DNA of 64,000 bases from Amphiscolops sp. MND2022 (taxonomy: Eukaryota). A model generated the notes under the pieces. It had not been told where the DNA came from and ran no database searches. It saw only the letters and a list, made by a program, of their open reading frames with translations. The DNA is taken from assembly GCA_964187785.1 (NCBI GenBank), contig OZ076410.1, positions 26,784,001 through 26,848,000 of the forward strand, in the 5' to 3' direction. Numbering within the stretch: the stretch's first letter is position 1; every line of letters begins with the position of its first letter. The translations under genes were made by a program, and so were the position numbers. Shown here one piece after another: positions 24,281 through 36,921 of the stretch.

Positions 24281-27091
24281 CACTTCATCCCAAAATAAGA
24301 AAGGACCTTAATCATCTGAACAAAAACTTATTTGAAAGCCTTTGGATAGAATGCAACCTGAACAATAACGCCCATTATAAAAAAAACAACTCATCAACAT
24401 CAGCTACAACCCAACAAAATCTTCAATGGATTCTTTTATTGAAGAATTATCAACCAGCATTGATTTTGCCGTTACCGAAAACAAGCCAATAACCTTGATG
24501 GGGGATTATAATATCGACTATCTCAATTGGAAAGAAAAGCAATGCTTAGATTCTGTCATTGTTCCCTATGGACTAAGCGTTATCAATAAAAACCAACCAA
24601 CCAGGATACAAGGAAATTCCAGCTCCTTGATCGACTATATTATAACTGATCTTCCCCATGCTGAAAACTTTGAGTCCGTTGTGTCTGATACAACATTGAG
24701 AACACTGAAGAATACAGACATTGATCACCTAGCTACCTCAATCATTACAACGATAGAAATGAAAACAAAATCAAAAGTTATAACAAAAGAAATTTTCGAT
24801 AAATCAAATTATTCGAAAGAGGTATTCCGCAACATCATCAATAATGCTAACTGGAGTAGTTTCTATAATCAAGATTGTGCTGAGGGGATGTACACAATAT
24901 TTTGCGACATCATTGAGAAAGCGCTTGATAAATGTACCCACAGAAAGACAGTTTTCGTCAGAAATGATAAAAGTATTCTTACTATGCATAATAAATGGAT
25001 CAAAACACAGACCCGGAACATTTATCGAAAAATCAACCCTAACTCAAACCCAAATGAGGTTGCCTATAAAACACTTAAACATGATTTCATCGATAATTTA
25101 AGCGCTAATGAGATGGAACATAAAATTAAATGCTTCAATGGCTTGACATCAGAAAAAGATAAATGGAAATTTATAAACGAAGCCAGAAACGCCAATAGAA
25201 CTGCAACGACAATATCGAGCCTAAAAAATTGCTTCGGTGATCTAGTAACTGACGACTTAAAAATTGCCAACTTATTGAATTATCGTTTTTCCAAATTGGG
25301 CAATTATCTAGGCGACTATACAAGCTATATTCCACAGCTAGATGGTGAAAACAAAAACAATGAATTTATGTTTCAACCCATAAGTCTATTTGAATGTAAA
25401 AAACAGATCAAGAACTTGAATATCAATAAACCTATAGGACCATCGAAAATTCCTGCGTGGGCTTTAAAAGACGCCATGAATGTAATTGCTGAGCCACTCA
25501 CTTTTCTGATTAACGCTTTTCTGGAGGAGGGAATATTCCCAAACCATTTGAAGCAAGCTTATGTTATACCAATATTCAAAAAAGGAGATTGCGAAGAACC
25601 TAACAACTATCGACCAATCTCTATTACTCCTGCACTGTCTAAAATTTTTGAAAATGTCCTAAGAGACCAAATCACTCAATTTTTGAACAGAAACAAACTA
25701 CTCACTTCATCTCAATTCGGTTTCCGTGAAAATTTTTCTTCTGTTGACGCGCTGTTGTATGCTACTGAGAACAACCGGAAAAAATTAAATGACAGCGACA
25801 ACGTTGCTGCTGCATTCTTGGATCTTTCGAAAGCGTTTGATTCTATTTCTCATTCTATTTTGCTGGACAAATTGCGAGAACTTAATTTTGGTAATCATGC
25901 AGTCTCATTGATAGAAAGTTATCTCAAAAAAAGAAATCAAAAAGTGATGCTCACCACTTGTAAATCGGATTGGATACAATTATATCAAGGTGTTCCACAA
26001 GGCACTGTATTGGGTCCTCTTCTCTTCAATATTTACGTCAATAGTATGAGAAAATCGGTTTCTAACAATTGTCAACTTGTACAATATGCTGATGATACAA
26101 TGATATTTTCAGCCCATCTAGATCAAAACCAAGGGATACAAAATCTAGAAGAAAATATCAGAAAACTGGTTCACTTTTTTGAAAGCCATAGACTGACTAT
26201 CAACGCAGATAAGGCTGAATTCATAGCTTTCTGTAAACCATCCAAAAACAATCAAATGAAAAATCAAGAATTGGTGGTGAAAAATGAAGTAATCAAAAAT
26301 TCGGACTGTGTAAAATATCTTGGAGTCCTTCTTGATCAGAACCTAAGTTTTCAAAATGAAGTGAAGAATCTTTTGAAAAAAATGGCATGCGGAATCAAAA
26401 CATTATACGCAATACGTGAATCATTTCCCGAGAAAACTCGGATACTGATAATGAATGCATTGGTTATCAGTCATGTTCATTATTCTGCTATCTTGCTTAA
26501 TGGAGTTTCAGAAAGTCTGTTGACAACTTTGGAAAAACAACTGAGCTGGGCGGTTAAAGCGTGTTTTAATAGGAGAAAATATGATCACTCAGCGGATCTG
26601 AAACTTTTACATGAGATACTACCTATACGATATTTCTTGAAATTAAAATCGGCTTTGTTTTTTTTGAAATTCTGTCACAACATGGTTCCTTCTTTAACGA
26701 ATGATAATAGACCAACTACTGCGGTTTTCAGAGAACATAAAAGAACGGATCAAATCTACCTCGATATCAAAAGAAACAGTATCTTTATTGAAAATAGCTT
26801 TTTCAACAAAGTGATCCCAATATGGAACAACCTACCGAAAAATTTGAGAACCGAACGACATTCATATCAAACAATAAAAGCGAAAATGAAAAGGTTATTT
26901 CTGGAAAAATTCAGAAACGAACTAAACCTTCCCGAATATAACAAAAAGTGTTGGAAAGATTTTAAATTTCATTAAACCCCTGCCATTACAATACTTATGA
27001 TTAACCTGAATTTTTTTTAGCGTAATACACTGCTTTGTTTTAAAACCAAGATTTTGTTTTTAATAACAAAGATATAATTCAGTGTTTTTTT
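24281..27091 (+). mobile_element. 5'-truncated CR1/L2-group non-LTR retrotransposon, with TAAT target duplication
   Basis: Empty site in unit 1 reads tgtataataaagg; here tgtataat|insert|taataaagg (TAAT at 24277-24280 and 27092-27095). Confidence 0.92.
24426..26975 (+). CDS. LINE ORF2 (C-terminal APE endonuclease half + complete RT), 849 aa open
   Basis: MGDYNID, PTRIQGNSSSLIDYII, NNYRPISITPALSKIFE, QFGFR, FLDLSKAFD, GVPQGTVLGPLLF, QYADDT, YLGVLLD, IWNNLP; frameshift in the A-run at ~24380 upstream. Confidence 0.95.
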   Translation: MDSFIEELSTSIDFAVTENKPITLMGDYNIDYLNWKEKQCLDSVIVPYGLSVINKNQPTRIQGNSSSLIDYIITDLPHAENFESVVSDTTLRTLKNTDIDHLATSIITTIEMKTKSKVITKEIFDKSNYSKEVFRNIINNANWSSFYNQDCAEGMYTIFCDIIEKALDKCTHRKTVFVRNDKSILTMHNKWIKTQTRNIYRKINPNSNPNEVAYKTLKHDFIDNLSANEMEHKIKCFNGLTSEKDKWKFINEARNANRTATTISSLKNCFGDLVTDDLKIANLLNYRFSKLGNYLGDYTSYIPQLDGENKNNEFMFQPISLFECKKQIKNLNINKPIGPSKIPAWALKDAMNVIAEPLTFLINAFLEEGIFPNHLKQAYVIPIFKKGDCEEPNNYRPISITPALSKIFENVLRDQITQFLNRNKLLTSSQFGFRENFSSVDALLYATENNRKKLNDSDNVAAAFLDLSKAFDSISHSILLDKLRELNFGNHAVSLIESYLKKRNQKVMLTTCKSDWIQLYQGVPQGTVLGPLLFNIYVNSMRKSVSNNCQLVQYADDTMIFSAHLDQNQGIQNLEENIRKLVHFFESHRLTINADKAEFIAFCKPSKNNQMKNQELVVKNEVIKNSDCVKYLGVLLDQNLSFQNEVKNLLKKMACGIKTLYAIRESFPEKTRILIMNALVISHVHYSAILLNGVSESLLTTLEKQLSWAVKACFNRRKYDHSADLKLLHEILPIRYFLKLKSALFFLKFCHNMVPSLTNDNRPTTAVFREHKRTDQIYLDIKRNSIFIENSFFNKVIPIWNNLPKNLRTERHSYQTIKAKMKRLFLEKFRNELNLPEYNKKCWKDFKFH

Positions 27092-27739
27092 TAATAAAGG
27101 ACTATTTGACTCATTTGAAGATTAAGACCAAATCTTTGAATCATATTTGCGCTTTACAGAGGAGACTTGATTGAGAAGTATGGAACAGAAATAAAAACAT
27201 CAGGTGGTGTGTATTGTGTATCAGACTTAGACTATTCAACAACAGAACATATCGATCGTGAAGTGCCTAAAGAGGATGAAGATACCGACCTTGTTCATCT
27301 TAAAAATAGAAAAAAACTAACCAATACCGAGCTCAACGTCATAACTTTTGACTTTTTAAACGAGTGAAAAACTTTTCCTAGTTTGCAACAGCAAGCGCAT
27401 TGATTTAGAACTTCAAGATGTTTTACCGACCTAAATGATCCGATCTGGATTTGTTTTCAGAATTACACACTGGACAAAATTTCTTAAATTTCTTATTCAT
27501 CTTTCTTATTATTACAGAATTTATTAAACACTTTCAGTTTTAGATATTGTTCATTTTTTTTTAAAAAAAATTGGGAATAGATTTATCCAAGAATTTTTTA
27601 TTTATTGAAAAATATCTGCATATGATTATCTACCACCATAAACGATAGGAGAATTTTTTCTCGTTCGAATATTTCTACTACATTGGTACATTTGTTGTTA
27701 AATTTTGTATCATATTTTGGATATACTGGCCATTTGGTC

Positions 27740-28671
27740 ATATATTTGCCCTAGGCATCATAAAAAATTTTGCAAACAGATGAAACGTTTTGAAGGATTC
27801 AAGTATTGTCAGTCAACTACTAATTATGAAGAACAACAACTCACTACTCCAATCACCAATACAAGTTGTCAACTTTTGGTATATGATAGTTTATGCTCGG
27901 GCAAAACTAGTTTTTTTAAAATTTCGCTTAGCTGAAAACTTAGTATTTCGCAGGGACTCGACCGAGTTCCGCGAACAAAATTTTGTCGATTTACTACACC
28001 TAGGAAAAATAAACATTTATCAACTAGAAAATAAAACGGTAACACTGGACGATGCTGTTGCGTTCAAACAACCAAAAACAAAAGTAGAAGACTTGTTCAG
28101 GTACGGACGTCATAAAAATAAGCAAGTATTTTACCTTGCATTTTATGCCAAAGATGTTCTCCCTGTAGTCAGAGAGAATTGTTTAAAAGTTGTACATGGC
28201 AAATAGCAACCCGTATAGCCTCTTCGAAAGCATCCCAAGCACATATTCAATAAAAGATGCACTACACAAGTGGAAACATTGCCATGATCAGTTAGATTAC
28301 GGAACAACTGAGTTTGATACAAGATCACAATGAATTTATAGAATTATAATCCTAAACGAGAAGTATAAAATAATATACGATTATACTTTTAAAAACCAAG
28401 TGAGGTCAATTCAACCAATGAAAAATATTTCTGTACAGGTGATGAGTACAACCAGTTAAAAATTTTGCTAGAAGATATGTCGGATCAGACTATCAAAATA
28501 ACTCCTGAAATTATAGCTTATTATTTTGTTGCATATTGTAAACAAAACAAGACCAAAATGAAAGAATCTAAAATAGATAACTATGTTGAACGTAAGCAAC
28601 AACCCTTAATATCACCACAACTCACGAGGAAATCAAGAAAACATTTCTGCCCAGGCAGTCAATTTCACTAA
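27740..28671 (+). pseudogene. A32/FtsK-like packaging ATPase 1 (unit 2)
   Basis: YDSLCSGKTSF, VTLDDA, FRYGRHKN. Confidence 0.7.
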
Positions 28672-28726
28672 AAATATGTGAACAATCTACCAAAAATAAT
28701 GGGTTTGATTTCCTAGTAATTTTTGG

Positions 28727-28830
28727 TCACTAAGCATTTCACTAAGAGCACTATGAGCATACGTTTTCAACACTACGAGGTGGGGGCCTCTGTTCCCCGA
28801 AAATTGCTGTCATAGTGAAATGCTTAGTGA
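28727..28830. other. 18-bp perfect inverted repeat / stem-loop (unit 2 copy)
   Basis: tcactaagcatttcacta (28727-28744) and tagtgaaatgcttagtga (28813-28830). Confidence 0.85.
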
Positions 28831-29098
28831 TTTTCTTAGTGACTTTTACTAAATAATTGAAGTGCCTAAGTTGTTTCCAAAGTAGTGAAAACTCAGTTTG
28901 TGCCGACTGTAATAATGAAAAAAGGTGCAAAGAGTGTCATTTTTTGAATACAGATTTCTATAAAGACAACAACACCAAAATCCACTCTAAATCCTAGAAA
29001 GTTTTTATTTAAATTGCAATGTGAATACTGTAATCGGGAATTCAACAAAACCTGCATATCAAAACATATAAAAAACAATCGTACAATCAAAATTGATA

Positions 29099-29770
29099 TG
29101 AATGATGCAAATACAACAAAAATTGATATGAATGAAATAAATAGAAATAAAATCGATGCATCTGATGAAGAATTGGCATTAAATTGAACATTAATAGTTG
29201 GTCCTCCATTTGATGGAAAGACCTACTTGTTTTTAAATAGAATACAATTAGTTCAATTGAATACCCCCTTGAGAAGTACAAAAAAGAACAACATATCCGA
29301 AACACTACGAGACTCTAAAGGCAAAATTGTCTGATATTTCAGTGGAAGAATATGTAAAAGATAGAACAATACAACACTACCAAAATTTTTGTGTTGTGTT
29401 TGATGATATGTTAGACTCTAAGCAGGAATTACAAGATACATTTTTCACAAGGGGAAGAAACTCAGTTGTTGATGTTTCTTATTTATCAAAAAGTTACGTC
29501 GATTTACCTAAATGCACCATTAGGAACAACTCGAACCTTATAATTTTATTTCAACAAAGAATGACGAAGTAGAACATATTTAAAGAGACACAGCTGGATT
29601 TGATATGTCTTAAGACGAGTTCAAAAGTTTATACTGGGAGGCCTGGAAAGAAAAGTATAACTATTTATTAATAAACAGTCTAGAAGATAAATATAAAAGT
29701 AAATATGAAATCTGTAGTGAATCTAATCCGGTGTATAAAGTCTATAATCCGCAACCGAATCCATTGGGAA
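29099..29770 (+). pseudogene. A32/FtsK-like packaging ATPase 2 (unit 2)
   Basis: LIVGPPFDGKTYL, VVFDDML, FFTRGRN. Confidence 0.8.
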
Positions 29771-30549
29771 ATGAATAAAAAAACAAGGTTTTCTTTCTTT
29801 TGAAATAATTTAACTTATAGTTCAGCTTTAAAGTTTGTTAAATCCTCGTCTAATTTGAGACCTAGTTGTTCAAAACACAATAAATCTGATAGATTGTTCA
29901 GCCTTGATTGAATTTCAAAATTTTCTTTCAGAAGGTTTTGAATTTCTTTTTTTTTCAATTCATTAGATTGATTATCTTTTCTTATTCATGAACTAGTTTC
30001 AAATTTCATCATGAACTAAAAGCTAAGAATGTTTTGGTGTTGATGTGTTGTATTATGTTCATATTCCAGGAGTTAATCACTGATGTGGATGATTTGTTCT
30101 CTAAGTATACAACAATCGTTTCCTCTTTTTTTTTCTAACGCGATTACTTTTAACTGATTTACAAGCTCATTTGGATCAGAAGGAAGAAAGACATATTGAA
30201 CAGTATTCAACTTCCCAATTTACGTTGAATCAAATTTTCATTTATTTTTATATCTATTTACTTTTTCATCTCCATAATTCAGATCATATTTCAAATCATC
30301 TAAATTCATTTGATTATGTCCGCGTTTTGTATAAGTCTATCCATTTGCGTATTGATTATAAAAAATGAAAGATCCGGAACGTTTGAAACCTGTGTGTTGC
30401 CAATGCCACTACTCAAAACTGTCAGAGCTGTAGCTTTGAATAATGTTTGTTGAGGATTAGTGGGCTTAAATGTGAATAATTGTGAACTTCCTTCAACAGG
30501 TTCTATAAATGAATTGACTTTTGTTTTAGTCATTGAGAAGGTTGGAACC

Positions 30550-33500
30550 TGTTGGCGGCAGTCATCAGCGGGGCAAAAAATGTCGATTTGGAACATGCTC
30601 GTTGAGAAAAAAGAGTTTAAACTCCGAAAACTCGGATGAAAAGTTACAGGAAATCCAATAATCACAAATCGTCAAACTATCCCCCCCCAAATAGGTTTTC
30701 TCAAATACTAATAACTGTAGAGACTTGAAACTTGGCACACTTATGCAGGTACATATCACAAAAACACCGGCCAAGTTTCGAGATCACTCACCCATTAAAA
30801 CTCCTTTTGCCTCCCACATGTGTGATGTTCAAGGTCATTGTGCCAATATTGCAAACATTGATACTTACCCTTATGACCACTTTAGTAAGTAACTCTGTTG
30901 AAACTGTTGATATTTACTTTATGTAAACAGGCTTCTGAGCCCACCTAACCATTATGCCAAAACCACCAGATTGTTTGTTTACATAGCTAATAACTTTGAT
31001 AATTCACCTAAAAGTTATATTTTTATACCACATATTTCAAACGCTACTTGCTTATATTTACTGTAGAATTGTGAACCAGGTTTATACCCTTATTAGATAA
31101 AGATTTGAACGACTGAATTGCTATAGTCAAGTTGGGTCTTAGGAGCATGAGACTAATTAGTCAACTTCTCAATCTTCTATAGTGCAAACAGAGGTGAACT
31201 TGTATGATCTGACGGAAACGAGGCAAGAGCATAGAAGCTCAGTATTCGCATCAAGCAAGCAAACTTCGGACGAATTGAGTGTGCAATTTGAACTGCTGCA
31301 AGAGAGTACCACTGAAGGTACCACGGAACTACAGCACGTAGAACACGGGAAGCTTCCGAATGACAAAGCTTTATGTCAGTAAGCTACTTCTTGAAGAAGG
31401 AGACAAATGTTTTGAAGTGAACAGAAGTTTTGGAATTGTGGATGAGCAACAAATTGCACTACAAGACGATTGCAATGAAGAATCCATGTATCAAAAGCTA
31501 TACCGCGTAGTAATGGTACATGACAAACCCGTGGAAGGCAATGCCAAAGATGCGAAACAACCATGAATGCAACCTTTGGAAAGAAATATGATTTTGACTT
31601 CAAGATAAGCTTTTATATGAAACTATTCCGAGTGATATTACTGTATGGCACCTTTGGACTGGTAATGGAAACTCTGGAATGGATGCAGTGACACAGGCTA
31701 ACGGCATTGATAAAAGTCTATTGACCAACGGCCGCCGCAAGCAACAAAAAGAGAAGACATTGGAAGAGTGAACCTAATTGGAACCCGATACATGGAATGG
31801 AAGAGAACTCTCAGTTGAACGACATTGGATAACAAGGAGACACAGTTTGGCTATGTGAGTTCAGAGTATTAGTCGTTTGATAAATTGGAAGTCTGCGATG
31901 ATCTATCAGAGCCGGTGAGAAACCCAAATGACAAGAAGTTGGCGTTTTGTGGTGAGAGAAGCTCGGTAACGCTCTACAATCAGAAGCGAAAGCGGAATTC
32001 CACAACATTGCAGTTACTGGGAATTAACACAGATTTAGCTACGGAAAACGAAGTGTCTGTTAGCACAGAGCAAAACGTAGCCCAGCAATTACATTCAAAG
32101 CACAAAACCGTTTCTTCTGGATGCATTGAGAACACTGAAAACAAGATGAACAAATTATGTGGCCGTATTGTTGAAACGTCACTTAATCTACTGATCATGA
32201 TGATGGATGATTCAACGACCTTTCAAGAAGGCTGGATCAAATATGTCTTGGGAATTATTAGAGAACGAACAAGCTTTGACATATCACCGACGTGGTCAGT
32301 CAACATTGATGATGAGATGTTTATCAGAGCAAATCTTGGGAAACAGCCTGGAGATATTTTCGACTTGCAGGGAAATCTACCTTTTGGATGTTGAAGTAGT
32401 AAAGGAAGCTGAGTTAAATGAACAGAAGCAATTTTGTACCATACCTATTAAAGGTTCAAAAGAAAAGAAACTGATTGAACTACATGATTGTTGGACGTTC
32501 ATGATGATCTTTGAAATAATTGGTAAAACTTTGACTTCAAATGAGAAAACTGTTTAAGGAAACATTTCAATGTGTTATGTGAACTTGTGGAAAACACGCT
32601 TATGGTCAGCGAACTGGATTATGTGTTTGAAAATCAATGCAGCAGAGAAATAACAGAGCAAACAACTGGTAAACAGGAATATGAATGTGGAGTCCTCCTG
32701 GGATAGACAACGACAATTGATGACAAGCTCAAAATACCAGCTGTGGAACTGGCACCCTTGTTCTATGAAAGTGTTGTTCCGGAGATAAGCAGGGCCGTCA
32801 ATGTTGTCGCCAGTCATCAGCAGGCAAAGAAAGTCGACTTGGAACAAGCTGGTTGGAAACAAGAAATTAAACTCCTAAAATTTAGATGAAAACTTAAAGA
32901 AATTCTAATCATCACAAATCGTCAAACCCCCAAAAATGGGTTTTCTCAAATACTAAAAACTCTAGAGACTTGAAACTTGGCACACATATGCAGGTACAAA
33001 ACACAAACACACCGGTCAAGTTTTGAGGTCACTCACCCATCATAACCACTTTTGCCCCTCACTTTGTGGTGTTCAAGGTCATTGTGCCAATATTGCAAAC
33101 ATTGCTATTTACCCTTATGACCATTTTAGAATGTAACTCTGTTGAAATTGATGATATTTACTTTATGTAAACATGCTTCTGAGCCCACCTAACCATTATG
33201 CCAAAACCGCCAACATAGTTTGTTTACATAGCCAATAACTTTGTTATTTCTCTGAAATGTCATATATTTATACCACATATTTCAACTGCTACTTGCTTAT
33301 ATTTACTGTAGAATTGTGAACCAGGTTTATACCATTATTAGATAGAGATTTGAACGACTGAATTGCTATAGTCAAGTTGGGTCTTAGGAGCATGAGACTA
33401 AATAGTCAACTTCTCAATCTTCTATAGAGCAAACAGAGGTCAACTTGTATGATCTGACGGAAATGAGGCAAGAGCATAGAAGCTCAGTATTCGCATCAAG

Positions 33501-35667
33501 CAAGCAAACTTCGGACGAATTGAGTGTGCAACTTGAACTGCTGCAAGAGAGTACCACTGAAGGTACCACGGAACTACAGCACGTAGAACACGGGAAGCTT
33601 CCGAATGACAAAGCTTTATGTCAGTAAGCTACTTCTTGAAGAAGGAGACAAATGTTTTGAAGTGAACAGAAGTTTTGGAATTGTGGATGAGCAACAAATT
33701 GCACTACAAGACGATTGCAATGAAGAATCCATGTATCAAAAGCTATACCGCGTAGTAATGGTACATGACAAACCCGTGGAAGGCAATGCCAAAGATGCGA
33801 AACAACCATGAATGCAACCTTTGGAAAGAAATATGATTTTGACTTCAAGATAAGCTTTTATATGAAACTATTCCGAGTGATATTACTGTATGGCACCTTT
33901 GGACTGGTAATGGAAACTCTGGAATGGATGCAGTGACACAGGCTAACGGCATTGATAAAAGTCTATTGACCAACGGCCGCCGCAAGCAACAAAAAGAGAA
34001 GACATTGGAAGAGTGAACCTAATTGGAACCCGATACATGGAATGGCAGAGAACTCTCAGTTGAACGACATTGGATAACAAGGAGACACAGTTTGGCTATG
34101 TGAGTTCAGAGTATGAGTCGTTTGATAAATTGGAAGTCTGTGATGATCTATCAGAGCCGGTGAGAAACCCAAATGACAAGAAGTTGGCGTTTTGTGGTGA
34201 GAGAAGCTCGGTGACGCTCTACAATCAGAAGCGAAAGCGGAATTCCACAACATTGCAGTTACTGGGAACTAACACAGATGTAGCTACGGAAAACGAAGTG
34301 TCTGTTAGCACAGAGCAAAACGTAGCCCAGCAATTACATTCAAAGCACAAAACCGTTTCTTCTGGATGCATAGAGAACACTGAAAACAAGATGAAGAAAT
34401 TATGTGGCCGTATTGTTGAAAAGTCACCTAATCTACTGATCATGATGATGTATGATTCAACGACCTTTCAAGAAGACTGGATCAAATAAGTCTTGGGAAT
34501 TATTAGAGAACGAACACGCTTTGACATATCACCGACGCGGTCAGTCAACATTGATGATGAGATGTTTATCAGAGCAAATCTTGGGAAACAGGCTGGAGAT
34601 ATTTTCGACTTGCAGGGAAATCTACCTTTTGGATGTTGAAGTAGTAAAGGAAGCTGAGTTAAATGAACAGAAGCAATTTTGTACCATACCTATTAAAGGT
34701 TCAAAAGAAAAAAAAACTGATTGAACTACATGATTGTTGGACGTTCATGTTGATCTTTGAAATAATTGGGAAGACTTTGACTTCAAATGAGAAAACTGTT
34801 TAAGGAAACATTTCAATGTGTTTTGTGAACTTGTGGAAAACACGCTTATGGTCAGCGAACTGTATTATGTGTTTGAAAATCAATGCAGCAGAGAAATAAC
34901 AGAGCAAACAACTGGTAAACAGGAATATGAATGTGGAGTCCTCCTGGGATAGACAACGACAATTGATGACAAGCTCAAAATACCAGCTGTGGAACTGGCA
35001 CCCTTGTTCTATGAAAGTGTTGTTCCGGAGATAAGCAGGGCCGTCAATGTTGTCGCCAGTCATCAGCAGGCAAAGAAAGTCGACTTGGAACAAGCTGGTT
35101 GGAAACAAGAAATTAAACTCCTAAAATTTAGATGAAAACTTAAAGAAATTCCAATCATCACAAATCTTCAAACCCCCAAAAATGGGTTTTCTCAAATACT
35201 AAAAACTCTAGAGACTTGAAACTTGGCACACATATGCAGGTACAAAACACAAACACACCGGTAAAATTTTGAGGTCACTCACCCATCATAACCACTTTTG
35301 CCCCTCACTTTGTGATGTTCAAGGTCATTGTGCCAATATTGCAACATTACTATTTACCCTTATGACCATTTTAGAATGTAACTCTGTTGAAATTGATGAT
35401 ATTTACTTTATGTAAACATGCTTCTGAGCCCACCTAACCATTATGCCAAAACAACCAACATAGTTTGTTTACATAGCCAATAACTTCATTTTTTCTCTGA
35501 AATGTCATATATTTATACCACATATTTCAACTGAAATTTGTTTATATTTACTGTAGAATTGTGAGCCAGATTTATAACATTATTAGATAGAGATTTGAAC
35601 AGCTGAATTGCTATAGTCAAGTTGGGTCTTAGGACCAAGAGACTAATTAATCAACTTCTCAATCTTC
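30550..35667 (+). repeat. 2.25-kb-period tandem duplication: repeat-cargo-repeat-cargo-repeat
   Basis: cagtcatcag at 30559, 32811 and 35057 (spacings 2252 and 2246). Three ~620-bp repeats (30550-31180, 32800-33425, 35045-35667) flank two ~1.6-kb cargo copies. Confidence 0.92.
31182..32560 (+). pseudogene. unidentified fragmented coding-like cargo (second copy 33430-34800)
   Basis: Overlapping ORF fragments of 66-169 aa on the same strand that read like one frameshifted protein; no family recognised. Confidence 0.35.
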
Positions 35668-36539
35668 ACAACTTTCCGCCAGAGTTAGAGCGACTAAGTA
35701 GTTACTCTCATAGTTGGAGAGCAGTAACGCGAGAAGATAGAGTGAGAGAAGTGTGTAACGGGTCACATCGGATCCAAACAAGTGCAAAGCGGATCGCCTG
35801 GAGATCCAACGGGTCAACATCGAACCTAACTGTTAAAAGGTACAGTCCTTCAAAGCGAAAAAACCAGGATTTGTTTAGTAACGGTCCACTGTAAAACTTG
35901 TCCAACCTCAGCGCAAGATAACGACAAGTTGCCGTTACAGAAATTGTTTTAACGATATAGGTGTCCACTTGGTTAGAATTAACAAGATTGGTAAGATATT
36001 GATTATTGCGGGTGTTAATTTCATTTAATTCTTGTATTCTTTTTTCAATCGATTTTTGTAAACTTTTGTTCATAGCCTTATTGGAGAGTTGTATTGCTCT
36101 AGTTTGATCTTGTGTCGTTTGTGTTGTAGTTTGAGTAGAATCGCGTAGCGCTTGTATTTGCTGGTTTTGTTGCTGTTGGATTTGGTTTTGGCTTTGTTTC
36201 TAGTTTTCTGTAACGGGTTCAAATACTTCCCCCATATCGTAATGAAGGTCCTGTTCCCCACGTTTCTCTTTTAATCTTTCAGCTTTCAATAATGATCTTG
36301 TATATTTTTTAGCTTTTCTAAATCATCACGACTATGAATTGAAGACATTCAAAAATCTTTAATTTTGAATATACAATAAATTTAAACGTTCAGACATAGA
36401 CTTATTCCGATGATTATGTCTATCGGTTCACCATGTATATGTCTGATGAAAATATTTTTCATGATACGATAGACATTATCATCGGAACATGCCTATGTCA
36501 TGAATTCTTGAATCGAGGTTAATGCCTTTGTCTCCAAGG

Positions 36540-36860
36540 AATTTTGCCCAAAAAATCCTTCCCCTGATGCACAAACGTCATAGTAACAGGAGCAGTTGCT
36601 GCAAATAGTTTTGTATTTTTACTTTCGAAATTTTCTTTCCAGCATTTTTGCAGCCTTGTCTAGATGTTCAAAGAAATCCAAAAACCCCCCAATCGTTCTG
36701 CAGCAAATGTTTGATCAGATATATGAGTGATTTACTTCTTCAACACGTTTCACACATGCCAGTCAATAATTTTACTGGTGCTGCTGTTTTATCATTTTGA
36801 ATAATACCTCCTTTGAAGTTTGTTGTGACAAAACAGTGTTTGCCATCAACACAATTTGAA
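36540..36860 (-). pseudogene. small basic/amphipathic virion core-like ORF with Cys-rich N-part
   Basis: CVDGKH..GMCETC..SDQTFAAERLG/DFFEHLDKAAK..AATAP..FVHQGK, in shifting frames. Confidence 0.5.
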
Positions 36861-36921
36861 ATACCTTTAAAATATTTGAAGCTCCTTCATTTAGGAAAAA
36901 AGCTCTTTCTAAGCTTCGCAA

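Larger units (their letters stand above)
18030..30532 (+). mobile_element. Polinton/Maverick (adintovirus-like) segment A, degenerate, with internal tandem duplication
   Basis: Retroviral-type integrase x2, A32/FtsK-like ATPases, C2H2-like finger and the LPSDPNELVNQLK motif typical of Polinton ORFs. Confidence 0.85.
23754..30532 (+). repeat. Polinton tandem unit 2 (interrupted by a LINE)
   Basis: Same ORF order as unit 1, with substitutions and small indels. Confidence 0.9.

Noticed and set aside
24804-25270. short ORFs overlapping LINE ORF2 (and similar antisense ORFs over gypsy pol)
   Set aside because: Shadow frames of the real coding strand.
35700-36261. LTR boundary (TGTAACGGG at 35754 and 36210) plus a retroelement ORF
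   Set aside because: No PBS, PPT or partner LTR, and no recognisable protein motif; left unassigned.
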